Below are positions 10,170 to 19,129 of a DNA stretch of 64,000 nt, piece after piece; the first letter of the stretch is position 1; the number at the start of each line of letters is the position of its first letter. The stretch covers positions 36,001 through 100,000 of the IMG/VR virus record IMGVR_UViG_3300020045_006384; one strand, 5' to 3'. The stretch is from a virus. The position numbers were made by a program, and so were the translations under genes. Below the pieces are notes generated by a model. The model worked only from the letters and a program-made list of their open reading frames with translations, was not told the origin of the DNA and did not search any database.

Positions 10170-10856
10170 ATGAATATAACAAAAAAAGAAATTAAAAAAG
10201 AACCTTACATTTTAGATAATAATAGATTAACTATTGGTGAACAACATTATTTTACAAATGATATTGTTTATGGATTTATTTTTGATAAATATTTTGAAGG
10301 AAGAATTGTTTTACAACCTATGAGTATAACAATATTCCAAAACGAAATTAATACAGGTAATACTGTTAATAATAATTTAGGATTTAAATATGCGTATTCG
10401 TTTAGTGTATTTGGTGGTCAAATATCAAATAGTTTATTAATTTATAATTATAAAAAAGATAATAATAACGAATATATTAAACTTTTAAATGAAAAATATC
10501 CTTTACCAAATTTACATATTAATAAATATGGTGGATTAATAAATTTAAAACATAATACTGTTTTATTTAAAACTAAAGAAATTGAAAAATGTTGTGGTGC
10601 AGTATTATTATATGATTTTCCAAGAAAATATAGAGATACTGAGTCAAACTATTCTGAATTTACAAAAGAAGATATTGATGAACTTGATGATTATATGACA
10701 AAATATTTGAATACAAACAAAATATGTTATTTATTAGAAAGTACTGAAATGGATTCTATTGAGTTTTTAACAAAAAATCTTAAATTCAAAGTAGTAGATG
10801 ATTTTAAAAATAAAAACACAGGTAATAATTTAAGTATATTATCTAGAAACAACTAA
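10170..10856 (+). CDS. hypothetical protein (CCG...NxNTGN family)
   Basis: 228-aa ORF containing KCCGA and FKNKNTGN. Confidence 0.7.
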   Translation: MNITKKEIKKEPYILDNNRLTIGEQHYFTNDIVYGFIFDKYFEGRIVLQPMSITIFQNEINTGNTVNNNLGFKYAYSFSVFGGQISNSLLIYNYKKDNNNEYIKLLNEKYPLPNLHINKYGGLINLKHNTVLFKTKEIEKCCGAVLLYDFPRKYRDTESNYSEFTKEDIDELDDYMTKYLNTNKICYLLESTEMDSIEFLTKNLKFKVVDDFKNKNTGNNLSILSRNN

Positions 10857-10889
10857 TACTTTATATTAATATTAAATAAAAATTTAATA

Positions 10890-12008
10890 TTGAGTGAAGA
10901 AAAACAAAGTTTATTTAACAGAACTTTTAAAACAATTGTTAATAAAAGACAACGATTATTAGATGGTAAAATAAATTGTATACCTACAGGCTTTCCTAGG
11001 TTTGAAAATGAATTTCCAGGATTAGAACAAGGTAAAAGTTTATTATTTACAGCTAATAGTAAAGTTGGTAAAACTCAAATTGCAGATTGGTTAGTATTAT
11101 ATAATACAATACAACAAGTAATAGATTATAATTTAGATGTAAGATTAAAAATATTTTATTTTACTCTTGAAATGACATCTGAACAAAAAATGCTATCAGC
11201 TTTTTCAAATATACTTTATGTAAAAGAAGGTTTAAGAGTAGCACCTAAAGATCTAAGATCTACAAAAGCTGATAAAATATTATCACAAGATATCTTAGAT
11301 GTGATACAAAAATACGAGCCTTATTTTAAAAAGATTGAAGAAGTAGTTGAATTTATTGATGATATAAGAAATCCTTATGGAATTTATAAAGTTGTTAGAG
11401 ATTATGCTTTATCAAATGGTAAAATTATTTACAGAGAGATTAAAAACAATACTGAAACTATAAAAGTAGAAGACCATTATGAACCAAATGATCCTGAAGA
11501 ATACGTTATAATTATTGTAGATCATATTAGTTTATTAACTCCTGAAAAAAACCAAGATAATGGTTTACCAATGACACTGCATGAAACAATAGGTAAGTTA
11601 AGTTCTGATTATTTTGTAAAACTTAGAAATAGATTTAAGTATATACCTGTTGCCATACAACAACAAATGAGTTCACAAGAAAGTTTAGAAAATAAAAAAT
11701 ATAATAAACTTAAACCTTCATTAGATGGTTTAGCAGATAATAAAACAACTCAAAGAGATTTTGATTATATTATAGGTCTGTTTAGTCCTTTTAGACATGA
11801 AATTCCTGATTATTTAGGATATGATATTCAAATATTTAAAGACAATATTAGATTTTTAGAAATTCTTGGTGGACGTGAAGGTGGTGGCGGTACTATATGC
11901 CCATTATATTTTGATGGTGCAGTAAATTATTTCAAAGAATTACCTAAGCCAGAAGATAAACAAGGTATGAACCAAGTTTATGAATTTATTAAAACAATAA
12001 GAACTTAA
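10890..12008 (+). CDS. dnaB: DnaB-like (SF4) replicative helicase
   Basis: IPTGF, Walker A ANSKVGKT, FTLEM, Walker B IIVDHI, QQ motif; TTG start. Confidence 0.88.
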   Translation: MSEEKQSLFNRTFKTIVNKRQRLLDGKINCIPTGFPRFENEFPGLEQGKSLLFTANSKVGKTQIADWLVLYNTIQQVIDYNLDVRLKIFYFTLEMTSEQKMLSAFSNILYVKEGLRVAPKDLRSTKADKILSQDILDVIQKYEPYFKKIEEVVEFIDDIRNPYGIYKVVRDYALSNGKIIYREIKNNTETIKVEDHYEPNDPEEYVIIIVDHISLLTPEKNQDNGLPMTLHETIGKLSSDYFVKLRNRFKYIPVAIQQQMSSQESLENKKYNKLKPSLDGLADNKTTQRDFDYIIGLFSPFRHEIPDYLGYDIQIFKDNIRFLEILGGREGGGGTICPLYFDGAVNYFKELPKPEDKQGMNQVYEFIKTIRT

Positions 12009-12041
12009 AAAAGTGGTAGGTGGTCGGATGAAAAAGATAAA

Positions 12042-12812
12042 ATGAGTATAGCACTACCAAAAGAAGTAAGTGGACCTTCTAAAAAAAACCCAAGTAAATT
12101 AATTATATTTAGTTCACCTAAGTCTGGTAAAACAGAAGCTTTAAGTAGATTAGAAAATAATTTAATTTTAGATCTTGAAAATGGATCTGGATTTGTGTCA
12201 GGATTAAAAATAAATGTTTTAGAAGAAGCCACCAAACAAGGAATAAAACCTATTATGGCATTAAAACAAATTATTGACACTATTACAGAAGCAAATAGAG
12301 AAAAAAAAGGATATGTATATAAATATATATCAATAGATACAGTTTCTGCCCTAGAAGATTTCTATGCGCCTGATTTAGCTTTAAAACTATACAGAAATAC
12401 ACCAATTGGTCGTAATTTTCAAGGAGATACAGTTTTAGAATTACCACAGGGTGCTGGATACTACTGGTTAAGACTTGCAATGAATATGATTTTAGATGAA
12501 TTAGAGGCACTTTGTGAAACTTTGATTATATCAGGTCATACTAAAGATAAACTAGCTGAATTCAACGGAAAAGAAGTTAACCAACGTGGTTTAGATTTAG
12601 TAGGAAAAATGCCTGCTATATTATGTTCTAAAAGCGATGCTATCTGTTACTTATATCGTAAAGATAATCAAACAATCGCTAATTTTAAAACAGCTGAAAC
12701 ATTGTCTGTAGGTGCAAGACCAGAACATCTAAAAAATCAAGAAATTGTATTATTAGAAATGAATGAAAAAGGAGAATTTATATCCTATTGGGATAAAATT
12801 TTCGTAGATTAA
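12042..12812 (+). CDS. P-loop ATPase (AAA_24/Sak4-like)
   Basis: SSPKSGKT, LDLENG, IDTVS, ISGH. Confidence 0.82.
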   Translation: MSIALPKEVSGPSKKNPSKLIIFSSPKSGKTEALSRLENNLILDLENGSGFVSGLKINVLEEATKQGIKPIMALKQIIDTITEANREKKGYVYKYISIDTVSALEDFYAPDLALKLYRNTPIGRNFQGDTVLELPQGAGYYWLRLAMNMILDELEALCETLIISGHTKDKLAEFNGKEVNQRGLDLVGKMPAILCSKSDAICYLYRKDNQTIANFKTAETLSVGARPEHLKNQEIVLLEMNEKGEFISYWDKIFVD

Positions 12813-12884
12813 TAAAAATAGTTAGAGTTCTATTCAAAAACTCATTTTTATAAGCCAAAATAATAATTTAAAATATATATAAGT

Positions 12885-13484
12885 ATGTTCGATTTAAACG
12901 GAGAAGATTTTAAAACTCAATCAAATTTGATTTTTAACAACGGTGAAGCAGGAAAAGTTGAAAATGTTTCAATTAGTGTAGAAAAGAAAACACCAGAAAT
13001 GCAAGAAATGGCACCAGATTATAAAGTAATTTTTACTGATGAAGCTGGTGGTCAAGTTAATATGGGTATTTATTACCCAAAACCAAATGAAATGTTTGAT
13101 GAAGCTAAAAATGCATCATTAGCTAAATTAAATGTTGGTAGAGTATTATCAATTGCTAAATCAGTATTAGGAAATGATTATGTTTTTCCAGCAGTAAATA
13201 CACCACAAGAAGCAATTGATGTGTTAATGAAATTAACAGCTCAAAACTGTGAAGGTAAAAAAGTTAATATTTTCGTAACTTATGGTTCAGTTAGTAAACC
13301 AAAATCTTATCTAGGTGTATACAGAAACTTTGATTTCATCGAAGCTTTTGGAACAACACCATCAAGACTAAGAGTTGTTAGAAAAGGTAATCAATATGAT
13401 GACCAAATGGAAAGAATTACAGAAGATGCTCCAATTACAGCAGATTCTTCAGAAACTCCAGTTACTAAACAATCTTGGATCTAA
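12885..13484 (+). CDS. hypothetical protein, putative ssDNA-binding protein
   Basis: Follows the Sak4-like ATPase; beta-rich with an acidic tail ending in an aromatic residue. Confidence 0.5.
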   Translation: MFDLNGEDFKTQSNLIFNNGEAGKVENVSISVEKKTPEMQEMAPDYKVIFTDEAGGQVNMGIYYPKPNEMFDEAKNASLAKLNVGRVLSIAKSVLGNDYVFPAVNTPQEAIDVLMKLTAQNCEGKKVNIFVTYGSVSKPKSYLGVYRNFDFIEAFGTTPSRLRVVRKGNQYDDQMERITEDAPITADSSETPVTKQSWI

Positions 13485-13494
13485 TATTAATAAT

Positions 13495-13522
13495 AAGAGG
13501 GTGTAAAAACCCTCTTTATTTT
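13495..13522 (+). terminator. intrinsic terminator-like hairpin
   Basis: AAGAGGGT-GTAAAA-ACCCTCTT followed by TATTTT. Confidence 0.65.
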
Positions 13523-13591
13523 GGGAGTAATTCTTTGGAGAAACCAGCTCTGTAAAAGCTCACATAGTAGGTTCGATGCCTGCTACTCCCA
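13523..13591 (+). tRNA. atypical tRNA-Tyr(GTA)-like gene
   Basis: Acceptor GGGAGTA/TACTCCC plus A discriminator; anticodon arm AGCT-CTGTAAA-AGCT; T arm GTAGG-TTCGATG-CCTGC; very small D arm and no long variable arm. Confidence 0.72.
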
Positions 13592-13615
13592 CTAATAAAT
13601 TAAATAACTAAAAAT

Positions 13616-13750
13616 ATGTCAGAAGATGAAATAGAAATAAATAAAGCAATACAAGAAGAATTAAAATCATATCCAGTTATTGATTTTATAGAAACAATAT
13701 CTGTAGATTCATTTGAAATGTCAGGTAAAATACATTTTATACAATATTAA
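13616..13750 (+). CDS. small acidic hypothetical protein (44 aa; not in ORF track)
   Basis: ATG at 13616 to TAA at 13748-13750, 2 nt before the primase start. Confidence 0.5.
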   Translation: MSEDEIEINKAIQEELKSYPVIDFIETISVDSFEMSGKIHFIQY

Positions 13751-13752
13751 CT

Positions 13753-14793
13753 ATGAATGTAATAATTAATTTAAATTTAAAACCTATAACAAAAGAATTA
13801 TTACTTACTAAAATTACTGATTTAGAAATATACAGAATGTATATGAATGAAGATGTAAGTACAAAAGGTAATATATCTTCACCATTAAGAGAAGATAAAA
13901 AAAATTCATTTGGATTCTTTAAAGGAGAATCTGGAGAAATTTGTTTTAATGATTTTGTTTTAGGTCATGGAGAATGTGTTAAATTTGTGATGCTTAAATT
14001 TGGTATAACTTGGTTTGAAGCATTAAGTAAAATTGCTTTAGATGCAGGATTAGAAAATGAATTTATAATAAAAAATACATTTAAAACAAATGTTAATGCA
14101 TCAAATTATTTAACAACAAGAGAAGAAATTTTAAAACAGTTAAATGCTAAAGCATTAGCTAAAACATCTAGAGATTGGACATTAAAAGATTTAGCATATT
14201 GGGGTCAATTTGGTATAACTTATTTAATATTAAATAAATATAGAGTTAGACCTGTTGCGTATATACATGCTGGAATAGAAAGAAAAATTATTCAAGCAGA
14301 TACATTAGCTTATTCTTATACTGAAATAAAAGATGGTAAAGAAACTTTTAAAATATATCAACCTAATAATGGTAATTATAAATGGTTGAATACTCACGAT
14401 GATTCAGTGTGGCAAGGTTGGGAACAAATGCCTGCAACAGGTAAGCAATTAATAATTACAAAATCTTTAAAAGATGTAATGTCAATTGTAAATATTACAG
14501 GAATTCCTGCAGTAAGTTTACAAACTGAATCTGCATTACCTAAAGAAAATATAATTGACGAATTAAAATCAAGATTTGAAAAAGTATATTTACTTTATGA
14601 TAATGATTTTGATAAAGAAATTAATTGGGGTAGACAATTTAGTAATAATTTAACAAGTAAGTTTAATTTATGGCAATTAGAAATACCTGATAAATATAAA
14701 TCTAAAGACTTTAGTGATTTAGTAAAAAATCATGGTCAAAAAATAGCAAAAGAATGCTTAATAGAATTAATCAACAACGCCGTGCCTTTTTAA
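13753..14793 (+). CDS. dnaG: DNA primase (TOPRIM), crAss-type
   Basis: SPLREDKKNSF N-terminal domain, IITKSLKDVM, LYDND, KDFSD. Confidence 0.88.
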   Translation: MNVIINLNLKPITKELLLTKITDLEIYRMYMNEDVSTKGNISSPLREDKKNSFGFFKGESGEICFNDFVLGHGECVKFVMLKFGITWFEALSKIALDAGLENEFIIKNTFKTNVNASNYLTTREEILKQLNAKALAKTSRDWTLKDLAYWGQFGITYLILNKYRVRPVAYIHAGIERKIIQADTLAYSYTEIKDGKETFKIYQPNNGNYKWLNTHDDSVWQGWEQMPATGKQLIITKSLKDVMSIVNITGIPAVSLQTESALPKENIIDELKSRFEKVYLLYDNDFDKEINWGRQFSNNLTSKFNLWQLEIPDKYKSKDFSDLVKNHGQKIAKECLIELINNAVPF

Positions 14794-14798
14794 AAAGA

Positions 14799-15218
14799 AT
14801 GAAAGAAGAAGAAAAAAAAAGATATTTGGTTGCATTATATGGTAGCTTACGCAAAGGTGGAGTTTCACATCATATAGTAGCAAATCAAATTTTTTTAGGT
14901 AGCTTTGATACAGAACCAATTTATGATATGTATGTATTTGGATTATATCCTGTACTTATAAGAGATGGTAATACTTCTATTAGAATGGAAGTATATGATG
15001 TATCAGAAGAAATTTATAAAAAATTAGAAACAATTCGTCAACATAATGATGAAACTCAAGAAACTGAATTATTTGAAAAAAGTTTAATTTATACTCCATA
15101 TGGACTTGCGACTACATTTTTTAGTTCATTAAAAGTATCAAATAAAGTAAAAGTTTCAAGTGGTGATTGGTTAGATTATCGCAAACAAATATATAAAGAA
15201 ATAAAACATAATAAATAA
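14799..15218 (+). CDS. second gamma-glutamylcyclotransferase-like protein (degenerate)
   Basis: LYGSLR, YP, MEVYDV, TPYG, SGDW; start moved from 14754 to ATG 14799 to avoid the primase overlap. Confidence 0.8.
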   Translation: MKEEEKKRYLVALYGSLRKGGVSHHIVANQIFLGSFDTEPIYDMYVFGLYPVLIRDGNTSIRMEVYDVSEEIYKKLETIRQHNDETQETELFEKSLIYTPYGLATTFFSSLKVSNKVKVSSGDWLDYRKQIYKEIKHNK

Positions 15219-15219
15219 C

Positions 15220-16113
15220 ATGGGAACTGTAGTAAAAAAAGCAAATACAATTAAAAAAATAGGAGAAAAACTTGTTGGTAAATTTAAACCAATGATTAGA
15301 AGTAGACATCCATCTCATAATCCTTTTAGAACACAATTAAGATCTTTACCTTTTAGAAGTGTAATTAGATTTGGTTCTTTAACTGAACTAGATGATGCTG
15401 CAACAACATTAGGTACAAGAGTTGAATTAAATTCTGCTGAAGCAATTAAAAACAGTTCATCTAAATTATTAATGAAACAATGTTTTGAAAAATTAAATGT
15501 TCAAACAGCAAGTTGGGTTGCAAAAACTAGTTCAAATGCTCAAGCAGTTGATAATTGGTTAAAAACTGTAGAATATCCTATTGTTGCAAAGTCACATCAT
15601 GGTAGTAGAGGTAAAGGTAATACATTACTTAAATCTCGTGCTGATTATGATAATTTTATTAAAGGTAAAACACTTTCTCATTATATATTTGAAAAGTATT
15701 GTAATTATAACAAAGAATATAGATTACATGTTACAAAAGATGGTTGTTTTTACACTTGTAGAAAAATGTTAAAACAAGAATTTAAAGATCATCCAAATTC
15801 ATGGCAACGTCATGATGACAATTGTGTATGGATTCTTGAAGAAAATCCTAATTTTGATAAACCTGTAAACTGGGATACAAAAGGTGGTATTGTTGAAAAT
15901 TGTGTAAATGCATTAAAATCATGTGGTTTAGATTTTGGAGCATGTGATTTAAGAGTACAAAACAACACTGATGGAGATGGTAAAAAAAGAAAATCTTGTG
16001 AATTCATTGTTGTAGAAATTAATTCTGCTCCAAGTATGGGTACAGTTACATTAGAAAAATATAAAGAAAAATTGCCAGAACTTTTAATTGAAAAATACAA
16101 TGCTAGAAAATAA
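15220..16113 (+). CDS. ATP-grasp amide/peptide ligase
   Basis: YPIVAK, GSRGKG, FEKY, EYRLHV, GLDFGACD, EINSAP. Confidence 0.9.
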   Translation: MGTVVKKANTIKKIGEKLVGKFKPMIRSRHPSHNPFRTQLRSLPFRSVIRFGSLTELDDAATTLGTRVELNSAEAIKNSSSKLLMKQCFEKLNVQTASWVAKTSSNAQAVDNWLKTVEYPIVAKSHHGSRGKGNTLLKSRADYDNFIKGKTLSHYIFEKYCNYNKEYRLHVTKDGCFYTCRKMLKQEFKDHPNSWQRHDDNCVWILEENPNFDKPVNWDTKGGIVENCVNALKSCGLDFGACDLRVQNNTDGDGKKRKSCEFIVVEINSAPSMGTVTLEKYKEKLPELLIEKYNARK

Positions 16114-16483
16114 AAAATCAATACCTGCTCGTACTTTAAGTGTTTTATCAAATGATGGTAATATTCAAAAATTAAAAATTGGTCAAGAAAAATTAGTACT
16201 TGATATAAAAATAAGTCCTTCACCAACAAGTAACTGTCAATTAAGTTCTATTAATAATATTAATGATGTTATTGATATTTTAACAATTGAAGAATTAACA
16301 TATTATATAAAAAATATAATTTTACCAGGAAATTATATTAAATTAATTATTATTAGAAATAAATCAAGACTTAATAAATTTAAAAAAAGTTTTGAATTAG
16401 TTAAAAATAGAAGAATTCACATAGAACAAGAAACTAAAATTAAAGGTATTTATCAATATATAATTTTATTAAAAACAAAATAA
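16088..16483 (+). CDS. hypothetical protein
   Basis: ORF within the ligase cluster; true start probably ATG 16100. Confidence 0.65.
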   Translation: MKNTMLENKKSIPARTLSVLSNDGNIQKLKIGQEKLVLDIKISPSPTSNCQLSSINNINDVIDILTIEELTYYIKNIILPGNYIKLIIIRNKSRLNKFKKSFELVKNRRIHIEQETKIKGIYQYIILLKTK

Positions 16484-16484
16484 A

Positions 16485-16895
16485 ATGGAAGAAAAAAAAA
16501 ATGGAATTTATCTTGTAACTTTTAAAGAAACAAATACACAAAAACATAATATTCAATATGAATGTTTATATGAAAACTATTCATATGGTAAACAAATTCA
16601 AAAAAATATAAAACATTTTATTAATTTATTTCCTACTGATAGTGGTATTTATTTATTTGGTTATTTTGCAGCAATGTTAACTTCTTTTAAAATTAATAGT
16701 AAAGAAATAGTTCTTTCTAAAATTAATAAAGTTATATTAATTGATATTAAAAAACAATATGAAAGTCTTGTAGTAGAAATGTTTAAAAATGATAAAGATG
16801 TAATTAAATTTAATAAAAATTATATGTCTTCAAATGGTTCTTCAATGACATTAATGGTATTGGATTTAACAAAAATATACAAAAAAGAAAAATAA
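16485..16895 (+). CDS. hypothetical protein
   Basis: 136-aa ORF within the ligase cluster. Confidence 0.65.
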   Translation: MEEKKNGIYLVTFKETNTQKHNIQYECLYENYSYGKQIQKNIKHFINLFPTDSGIYLFGYFAAMLTSFKINSKEIVLSKINKVILIDIKKQYESLVVEMFKNDKDVIKFNKNYMSSNGSSMTLMVLDLTKIYKKEK

Positions 16896-16905
16896 AAAAA
16901 ATAAA

Positions 16906-17622
16906 ATGAAAAAAACGATAGGTATATATGCTGATTCATATAATGGTAAAGTTGGTCAAACATTTCCATACATGCAATTTTTTAGTCAATTTGGTTTTGT
17001 TAGATTAATTTCTACTACAGATAACTTAGATAAAATTGTTGATGAAGTTGATATGTTAGTATTACCAGGTGGTGCAGATGTTGATGTTTCAACATATAAT
17101 GGTGTACCAGGAGTAATGGATACTCGTGCTAATCAACATTATGAATATTTAGATAAAATATTACTTCCTCAATTTATTAAAGCAAACAAACCAATCTTTG
17201 GTATTTGTAGAGGTATGCAACGTTTAAATACTTGGTTTGGTGGAACATTAAATCAACATATACTTGGTCATCACCAAGGTGACAAAAGAGAAGAAACTAA
17301 ACAAGAAATTCAATTTGAAGATAATAATAATAGATGGTTTGTTAATACAATGCATCATCAATCTGTTAATATTTTAGGAGAAGGATTAGAAGTTATTTGT
17401 TATTCTCAAAGATATGACAATTGTTATTCTGAAGAAAATAATGTTAGAGGTTGGAATTATTATAATAAAGCTGGTGGTGTTATTAATACTGAACCAGAAT
17501 CTATTATTATTGAAGGTTTTAAACATTCTACATTAAAAATAGCAGGATTACAATATCATCCTGAAGAAATGAATTGTGCTTATGCAAAACTTATTATTAA
17601 TGAACTTTTAAGTGAAGATTAG
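16906..17622 (+). CDS. class I glutamine amidotransferase / peptidase C26
   Basis: PGGADV, GICRGMQ, MHHQ, QYHPE (Cys-His-Glu triad). Confidence 0.92.
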   Translation: MKKTIGIYADSYNGKVGQTFPYMQFFSQFGFVRLISTTDNLDKIVDEVDMLVLPGGADVDVSTYNGVPGVMDTRANQHYEYLDKILLPQFIKANKPIFGICRGMQRLNTWFGGTLNQHILGHHQGDKREETKQEIQFEDNNNRWFVNTMHHQSVNILGEGLEVICYSQRYDNCYSEENNVRGWNYYNKAGGVINTEPESIIIEGFKHSTLKIAGLQYHPEEMNCAYAKLIINELLSED

Positions 17623-18301
17623 AATGATTAAAAATAAAATTACAGTATATGTAAATGGTAAAATAAATAATGATAATTATATTTCTTTTTTATCTGATTA
17701 TTATGATGTAACAGTTGTAAAATCTTCAAATTATACAGGTAAAGAAAAAATTGATTTAGTATTATTTATTGGAGGAGAGGATATTACTCCTCAATATTAT
17801 AATGAAAATATTGGTTCAAAAACTAAAACTAATATAGAACGTGATAAATATGAAAAAGAATATTTATTTAATCGTTTTAGAAATGTACCTAAATTAGGAA
17901 TTTGTAGAGGTGCTCAAGCACTTACAGTATGGTCAGGTGGTAAATTAATTCAAGACGTAGAAGGTCATGCAACAGGTAGTTTACATGAAATTGAAATGTC
18001 AACACCATATACTGATTCAATTTATAAAATAACTTCTACACATCATCAAATGATGTATCCATTTGAAATGAGCGAAGATAATTTTATTATTCTTGGTTAT
18101 TCTAAATATTTTTTAAGTAATAAATATTTAAATGGTAATGATACAAATATTGATTTACCAAAAGATTTTGTAGAACCAGAAATTGTTTTTTATCCTAAAA
18201 CAAATTCATTATGTATTCAAGGTCATCCAGAAAGTGCAAATTGTCCTCAACACACTAAAGAAATGATACATATATTAATTAATTATTATTTAAAAGTATA
18301 A
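17612..18301 (+). CDS. second class I glutamine amidotransferase / peptidase C26
   Basis: GGEDI, GICRGAQ, THHQMM, QGHPE; true start may be ATG 17624. Confidence 0.92.
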   Translation: MKIRMIKNKITVYVNGKINNDNYISFLSDYYDVTVVKSSNYTGKEKIDLVLFIGGEDITPQYYNENIGSKTKTNIERDKYEKEYLFNRFRNVPKLGICRGAQALTVWSGGKLIQDVEGHATGSLHEIEMSTPYTDSIYKITSTHHQMMYPFEMSEDNFIILGYSKYFLSNKYLNGNDTNIDLPKDFVEPEIVFYPKTNSLCIQGHPESANCPQHTKEMIHILINYYLKV

Positions 18302-19122
18302 TGGAAAAAACAGAAAACAAATATAACATAACATTAGGTGCAGATCCAGAAATTTTTATATGTGATGAAAATGAAATAGTATCAGCTGAAGGTTTAACAG
18401 AAGGTGGAAGTAAATATGCGCCTAGACCTATTACAGAAGAAGGTCATGCTATTCAAGAAGATGGTATAATGTTTGAATATAATATTCCACCTTGTTCAAC
18501 AGAAGAAGAATGGATAGAAAATCATCAAGTTTGTCAAGATTATTTATTAGTTTTAGCAGAAGCAAATGGTTATAAATTTAGTACAAAAGTTAGTGATGAA
18601 GTTAATGAAAAGTATTTACAAACTTTACAAGCTTCAACATTTGGTTGTGAACCTGATTATAATGTATATTTAGGTGATAACAACCCAACACCAGATTCTA
18701 ATACAAATTTAAGATGTGCTGGAGGACATGTAGCAATTGGTTATCCAAATGCTAATGAAGAACAAACTGAAAAGATAGTAAAAGTATTTGATATGTTTGT
18801 AGTATTACCAGCTCTTTTTAAAGACAATGATACGCGTCGAAGAGAGTTATATGGTAAAGCAGGAAGTTTTAGATTTAAAGACTTTGGAGTTGAATGTAGA
18901 GCATTATCTAATTTTTGGATTCATACTCCAGAAACAATGAGTTGGGTTTTTAATCAAACATTAAAAGCTGTAAACTTTGTTTTAGATAATGAATGTGATG
19001 AATTAATTAATAAATATTCTGAACAAGTTAGAACTGCAATTGATACTAATAATTTAGAATCTGCAAAAGAATTATTAACAGTACTTAATATTACTGAAAA
19101 AAAAGAAAAAATAACAATATAA
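18301..19122 (+). CDS. phiEco32-like COOH-NH2 ligase (type 2)
   Basis: LGADPE, QEDG..EYNI, FGCEPDYN, RCAGGHV, RRELYGKAG, GVECRALSNFW. Confidence 0.9.
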   Translation: MEKTENKYNITLGADPEIFICDENEIVSAEGLTEGGSKYAPRPITEEGHAIQEDGIMFEYNIPPCSTEEEWIENHQVCQDYLLVLAEANGYKFSTKVSDEVNEKYLQTLQASTFGCEPDYNVYLGDNNPTPDSNTNLRCAGGHVAIGYPNANEEQTEKIVKVFDMFVVLPALFKDNDTRRRELYGKAGSFRFKDFGVECRALSNFWIHTPETMSWVFNQTLKAVNFVLDNECDELINKYSEQVRTAIDTNNLESAKELLTVLNITEKKEKITI

Positions 19123-19129
19123 AAAACAA

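Noticed and set aside
14782-14801. Possible -1 slip at CCT TTT TAA fusing primase to the GGCT-like ORF
   Set aside because: Not a proper X_XXY_YYZ heptamer, no downstream structure seen, and the GGCT has its own ATG at 14799
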